Shown piece by piece: positions 60,232 to 64,000 of a stretch of DNA of 64,000 nt; the stretch's first letter is position 1, and the number at the start of each line of letters is the position of its first letter. The position numbers and the translations under genes were made by a program. Below the pieces are notes generated by a model. The model was not told the DNA's origin. It was given only the letters and a program-made list of their open reading frames with translations, and ran no database searches. The DNA comes from Candidatus Poribacteria bacterium (lineage in GTDB: Bacteria; Poribacteria; WGA-4E; WGA-3G), in the NCBI GenBank assembly GCA_965198235.1, contig OZ240248.1, positions 2,528,001 through 2,592,000 on the forward strand. Reading direction: 5' to 3'.

Positions 60232-62967
60232 ATGAGAAAACGAAATTCCACCGCAAAAAGCACAACGCGTAAACGGGGTAAATCCGCGAAGCCGGAAGAG
60301 AAACCTCAATTGACGGACCGCGAAAGAGAAAACGCCGTTCTGGAAATTTGGGGGAACGCTAATGTATACCCACTCGCGAACAAAAAATCTGGCACCCTGG
60401 AGCGCAACACAGTCAAGGCGAACGCTACGCGGTCCCGCCACTCCTCCCAGACGGAAACCTATGTCCTTCGCGAGATGCCCACCTCAGTCGATGCATTCAC
60501 TCTTAACACACTTTGTAGAAAAGTTTGTCAGGACATCTTCCTTAAAGCAGAGTTAATGCAAGGGCATCATGTCACATACATACCCGCGTGGGAAACCTAC
60601 CCCCTTTGGATTGAGGAATACGTTATTGAGGCTGCAAAGTCTAAAACGCCAATCAAGTTATCTGTCCTCCGGAAGCGATGTCGCGCACGACATAAACAGG
60701 AATTAGAAGTCCAAAAACAGAAATTTCATCAACTCGGTATCTTCGCGGATTGGGATACTTCACAGAAAACCCTCGAATCGCGACAGGAAGCAAGGCTTAT
60801 TGCGCTTATTAGTCGACTCCGTGATTCTGACTATCTGCATGACTTGCCGCAGCTGAGTCCATGGTGCCCCAACTGCACTGTCCCGATAAATGAAACGAAC
60901 CTCGTACAAATACCGACACACACCTTGAATGGCTACGTAAAGTTTCCTTTCAATGTCGGGTTAGAGGAATTTGGCATTAATGTTTTCTTCTGTCTCCAAA
61001 TGCCGCACCTTTGGGAAATAGCAGGAATCGTTGAACTCGGAATTACTGACAATACTACCTATTGGCTCACCCAATGGCAAGACGAATACCTACTTTTTGC
61101 GGAACCGCAGCTCAAACACTTTACGAAACACCTTCCAAAAAGGCAACCTAAACCGAAACCCGTCAAAGAAATCAAAGCCTCTGAGCTTGTGCAATGCGCT
61201 GTGGCGCATCCACTATTTCCGTCAAAAGACTTAAAGATTACGCTAATTCCTGAAGCCGTGGCAACAGAGGCTGTCCGCGACAAATCAATATCTTCCTTAG
61301 AATCCGGTGTTATGCCCTTAAATCCTGCACATCATCAGTCCAGTTACGACATCGCTCAAGCGTTAAACATGAATACTATGCCTGTTTTTGATGAAACCGG
61401 AAGGTTCACCGAGGAAGCTGGGCAATTGTGTGGTTTGTATCTGTTTGATGCTGAGAAATTTATTGTTCCACAATTGGAAAAATGTGGCTATCTCCTCAAA
61501 ACACAAAAAGGCGAGATGCATGAGCCCCACTGTCCACGCTGTAGAGAATTGGCTGTGTTTCGTCCCTGTTCAAAATGGGTGTTCTCTATTTCCGAAAACC
61601 ATGCCACTACTCAGTTACTCAACGCCCAAGAATATTGGGATAATTACGGCGACACGAATCATAAAGATATTCGCGATGTACAAAACGCTGTCCTCAATTT
61701 CGGAGATTTGCAGGTTTCAGCACAGCGCCAATGGGGGATGCCGCTTCCAATCCTCCTTTGCGACCATTGCGATGAGCCTCTTACTGATAAAAATACTCTC
61801 AATGCAATCCGGAATTCTATACAACGAGGGTTTGAATTCTGGTTCCGATTGAGCGTTGAGGAACTTTTACCTGTCGATACACGGTGTCTAAACTGTAATT
61901 CAAGTGACTTCCGCAAGGAAGCTACGCTCATTGATAGCCATTTCGCCAATTTACTTCAAATTATTGACAATTCTGACTTCAAGAAACCGCTCGGTGGGCA
62001 TACCAGTGTTATGTTTGTACCCCAAACTGACACAGCCGATTCAAAATGGACAAAATGGTTAGCCGAGATCAGTGTTATCTCCGCCTCACTTAGCAGAAGT
62101 CGTCCAATTAAAGAAAGCCAACCTTTTAAGCAACTAAAGCTTAACACAATGCCGAAAGTTGGTGGGGAAATACAAGTCGAAGACACATTTCTCAACAAAT
62201 ATCCAGCTGACGTGGCACGCCTGGTTGCAATAACTCCTAATGTCGGAACAGAGCAGGTTAACCGCAGGCAGCTTAACAAACTCGCAGAGGACTACCTTGT
62301 TCAATATCAGCAATTGCAGGGACTATTAGAGAGTATCAGTAATTGCCTCTACCATTTTGGGCAGGATTCTCAAAGTAGAAACAAAACAGAATCGAAAGAT
62401 GTATCTCTGGAGGAACGTCCCAACGAAAGACATAGCGGCAAACGGGGGGCTGAGACGGGTATCACTAATACACAGACACTTACTCATCTGAAGGCGCAGC
62501 GGATAGAAGGCGCAAGTGCCGCTACTACTGATAAAATTATGCCGATTGATTCGTTGGCGATAATTGTTACCTCTCAACTGTTACAGGATGTACAGCGGGC
62601 TTACCAAGATGGGAATTTCCATGAAATGTGGACCCTGTTAACCGATTTCTGTGTAGATGATCTTCGTTTTTATCTCCGCGCCATGGAATCGCGTCCTGCT
62701 ACAACCCTACATGTGGCGCAAACCACCTTGTCACAAATCGCGACTGCGCTCCTGCAACAGTTGGCACCCTTGACTCCTTTTTTGGCGGAACATTTCTATC
62801 ATCTCATTTCTGCAGAGGGTATAACTGGTAACCGTAGCATTTTTCAGAATAATTGGCACCGACTCTCACCTATTATCGGGCAAACTTTGCATGTTTCCGA
62901 TATAGAGACGAATGATGCAAAAGCGGAGTGGGAGGTGCTTAAGAATGCCGACAATGCAGGATCCTAA
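60232..62967 (+). CDS. Isoleucyl-tRNA synthetase-like protein with degenerate catalytic motifs
   Basis: LGIFADW, WCPNC, YVKFP, PHCPRC, SAQRQWGMPLP, LAPLTPFLAE; upstream of lspA; no HIGH or KMSKS. Confidence 0.8.
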   Translation: MRKRNSTAKSTTRKRGKSAKPEEKPQLTDRERENAVLEIWGNANVYPLANKKSGTLERNTVKANATRSRHSSQTETYVLREMPTSVDAFTLNTLCRKVCQDIFLKAELMQGHHVTYIPAWETYPLWIEEYVIEAAKSKTPIKLSVLRKRCRARHKQELEVQKQKFHQLGIFADWDTSQKTLESRQEARLIALISRLRDSDYLHDLPQLSPWCPNCTVPINETNLVQIPTHTLNGYVKFPFNVGLEEFGINVFFCLQMPHLWEIAGIVELGITDNTTYWLTQWQDEYLLFAEPQLKHFTKHLPKRQPKPKPVKEIKASELVQCAVAHPLFPSKDLKITLIPEAVATEAVRDKSISSLESGVMPLNPAHHQSSYDIAQALNMNTMPVFDETGRFTEEAGQLCGLYLFDAEKFIVPQLEKCGYLLKTQKGEMHEPHCPRCRELAVFRPCSKWVFSISENHATTQLLNAQEYWDNYGDTNHKDIRDVQNAVLNFGDLQVSAQRQWGMPLPILLCDHCDEPLTDKNTLNAIRNSIQRGFEFWFRLSVEELLPVDTRCLNCNSSDFRKEATLIDSHFANLLQIIDNSDFKKPLGGHTSVMFVPQTDTADSKWTKWLAEISVISASLSRSRPIKESQPFKQLKLNTMPKVGGEIQVEDTFLNKYPADVARLVAITPNVGTEQVNRRQLNKLAEDYLVQYQQLQGLLESISNCLYHFGQDSQSRNKTESKDVSLEERPNERHSGKRGAETGITNTQTLTHLKAQRIEGASAATTDKIMPIDSLAIIVTSQLLQDVQRAYQDGNFHEMWTLLTDFCVDDLRFYLRAMESRPATTLHVAQTTLSQIATALLQQLAPLTPFLAEHFYHLISAEGITGNRSIFQNNWHRLSPIIGQTLHVSDIETNDAKAEWEVLKNADNAGS

Positions 62968-63457
62968 AAAAAATATGTGGCAGACGCTTCTACCCTTAAT
63001 CGGCGTGGCGATTCCAGTGTTGATAGTAGATTGGGGGAGTAAATGGCTGGTGCAGAACCATATCGCTCAGGTTACAGAGGTAATTCCGATTATTCCCGGT
63101 TTTTTTAACCTTCGGCACGATAGGAATACAGGAGCGGCTTTTGGCGTACTTGCTGGACACAGGGTCTTACTTATTCTCATTACTATTATTGCTTTAGCCT
63201 TCATTTTCGCCTATTATCTTCGATTCAGAGAGAGCCGTTGGATGCAAGTCGCTCTCGGTTTTCTACTCGGTGGTGCTGTTGGAAACTTCATTGATCGGCT
63301 CTATTTGGGTGAGGTCGTCGATTTCCTTCAATTCGGCATAGCTGACAAAGGACTCTTTTGGCCGACCTTTAACATTGCGGATATTTCTGTCTGTGTTGGG
63401 GCGGGGATGTTAATTGTTTACCTTTTTCAAAATCGCGATCAAAACCAGGAAACTTAA
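62954..63457 (+). CDS. lspA: Lipoprotein signal peptidase
   Basis: NTGAAFG, GGAVGNFIDR, VVDF, FNIAD. Confidence 0.95.
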   Translation: MQDPKKNMWQTLLPLIGVAIPVLIVDWGSKWLVQNHIAQVTEVIPIIPGFFNLRHDRNTGAAFGVLAGHRVLLILITIIALAFIFAYYLRFRESRWMQVALGFLLGGAVGNFIDRLYLGEVVDFLQFGIADKGLFWPTFNIADISVCVGAGMLIVYLFQNRDQNQET

Positions 63458-63576
63458 CTTCTACCCACTTTTTGTAGGTATTCTTGGCAAGTACACCAGT
63501 CGATGGCGTATCTGTAATTATTGGTTTCACTGTAAATATAAAGATATAAAGCAACTTTTGTCCCGGAAGGTAATCC

Positions 63577-64000
63577 ATGTGTAAATTGGGTGTTCGATTA
63601 TTCTTGCTTAATCTAATCTTTCTTTTCTTAGTAATCCCACATGCAAAAGCGCAATTTCAGACCGAATCTCCCACGACGGAGACGGAACAAACGGAACCAG
63701 TGGGATATAGCGAAAGTGCTTTGCGACGGTTTGAGATCGTTACGTTGAGTTCCATACCGTTTACCGCTATTCACAGTTACGGAATAATGCGCATAGTAAA
63801 AATGTTGAGTGAAAATAAATTCGCGCCTGAATTGTCCCCGTGGGACTATCGCATAATTGGCATCGGTGCTGTTTCATTGTCTGTGTTTATTGGGGTATGG
63901 GATTGGTTGCATACTCGTAATGTTGACCGGTCAGCACCGCGTGTGCCTGAACCAGAAACGCCTCTACCGCCTGAAGGTGAGGAACCCGTGGAGGGGACTC
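63577..64000 (+). CDS. Hypothetical exported/membrane protein (runs off window end)
   Basis: Signal-peptide-like start, ESALRRFEIVTLSSIPFT, open to the end of the window. Confidence 0.6.
   Translation, partial: MCKLGVRLFLLNLIFLFLVIPHAKAQFQTESPTTETEQTEPVGYSESALRRFEIVTLSSIPFTAIHSYGIMRIVKMLSENKFAPELSPWDYRIIGIGAVSLSVFIGVWDWLHTRNVDRSAPRVPEPETPLPPEGEEPVEGT

Noticed and set aside
1-64000. Numerous short antisense or overlapping ORFs in the six-frame track; rRNA and tRNA genes
   Set aside because: Shadow ORFs lie within better-supported genes and lack motifs; no rRNA or cloverleaf sequence was recognised

Overview
Bacterial genomic window, most consistent with Candidatus Poribacteria or a relative (inferred from expanded LamG, PhyH, sulfatase and DUF6785-type genes and a shared C-terminal 'V.P..(K/L)L.T.W..(L/V/I)K' tail). 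Carbohydrate, redox and transport genes occupy about 1-21 kb and 37-53 kb, and a housekeeping block (tatA, tatC, pgeF, yggS, proC, yggT, ileS-like, lspA) occupies 54-64 kb. A decaying accessory island lies at about 21.3-36.9 kb. Main observations: (1) a repeated module of small peptides with a conserved leader and variable Cys-rich core, alternating with secreted TolB-like propellers, next to RRE-like/glycosyltransferase, tetraheme cytochrome, thioredoxin-fold and ECF sigma genes (candidate new RiPP or secreted-peptide system); (2) a hidden UxxC selenoprotein with a SECIS-like hairpin; (3) a full-length IleRS paralog lacking HIGH, KMSKS and editing motifs at the ileS-lspA position; (4) two TnpB elements sharing a TTTAT left flank and a conserved 5' hairpin; (5) a PhyH-like pair with an HxG motif and a ligand-less copy. 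No rRNA, tRNA or CRISPR array was seen. All calls come from reading motifs by eye; no database searches were run.
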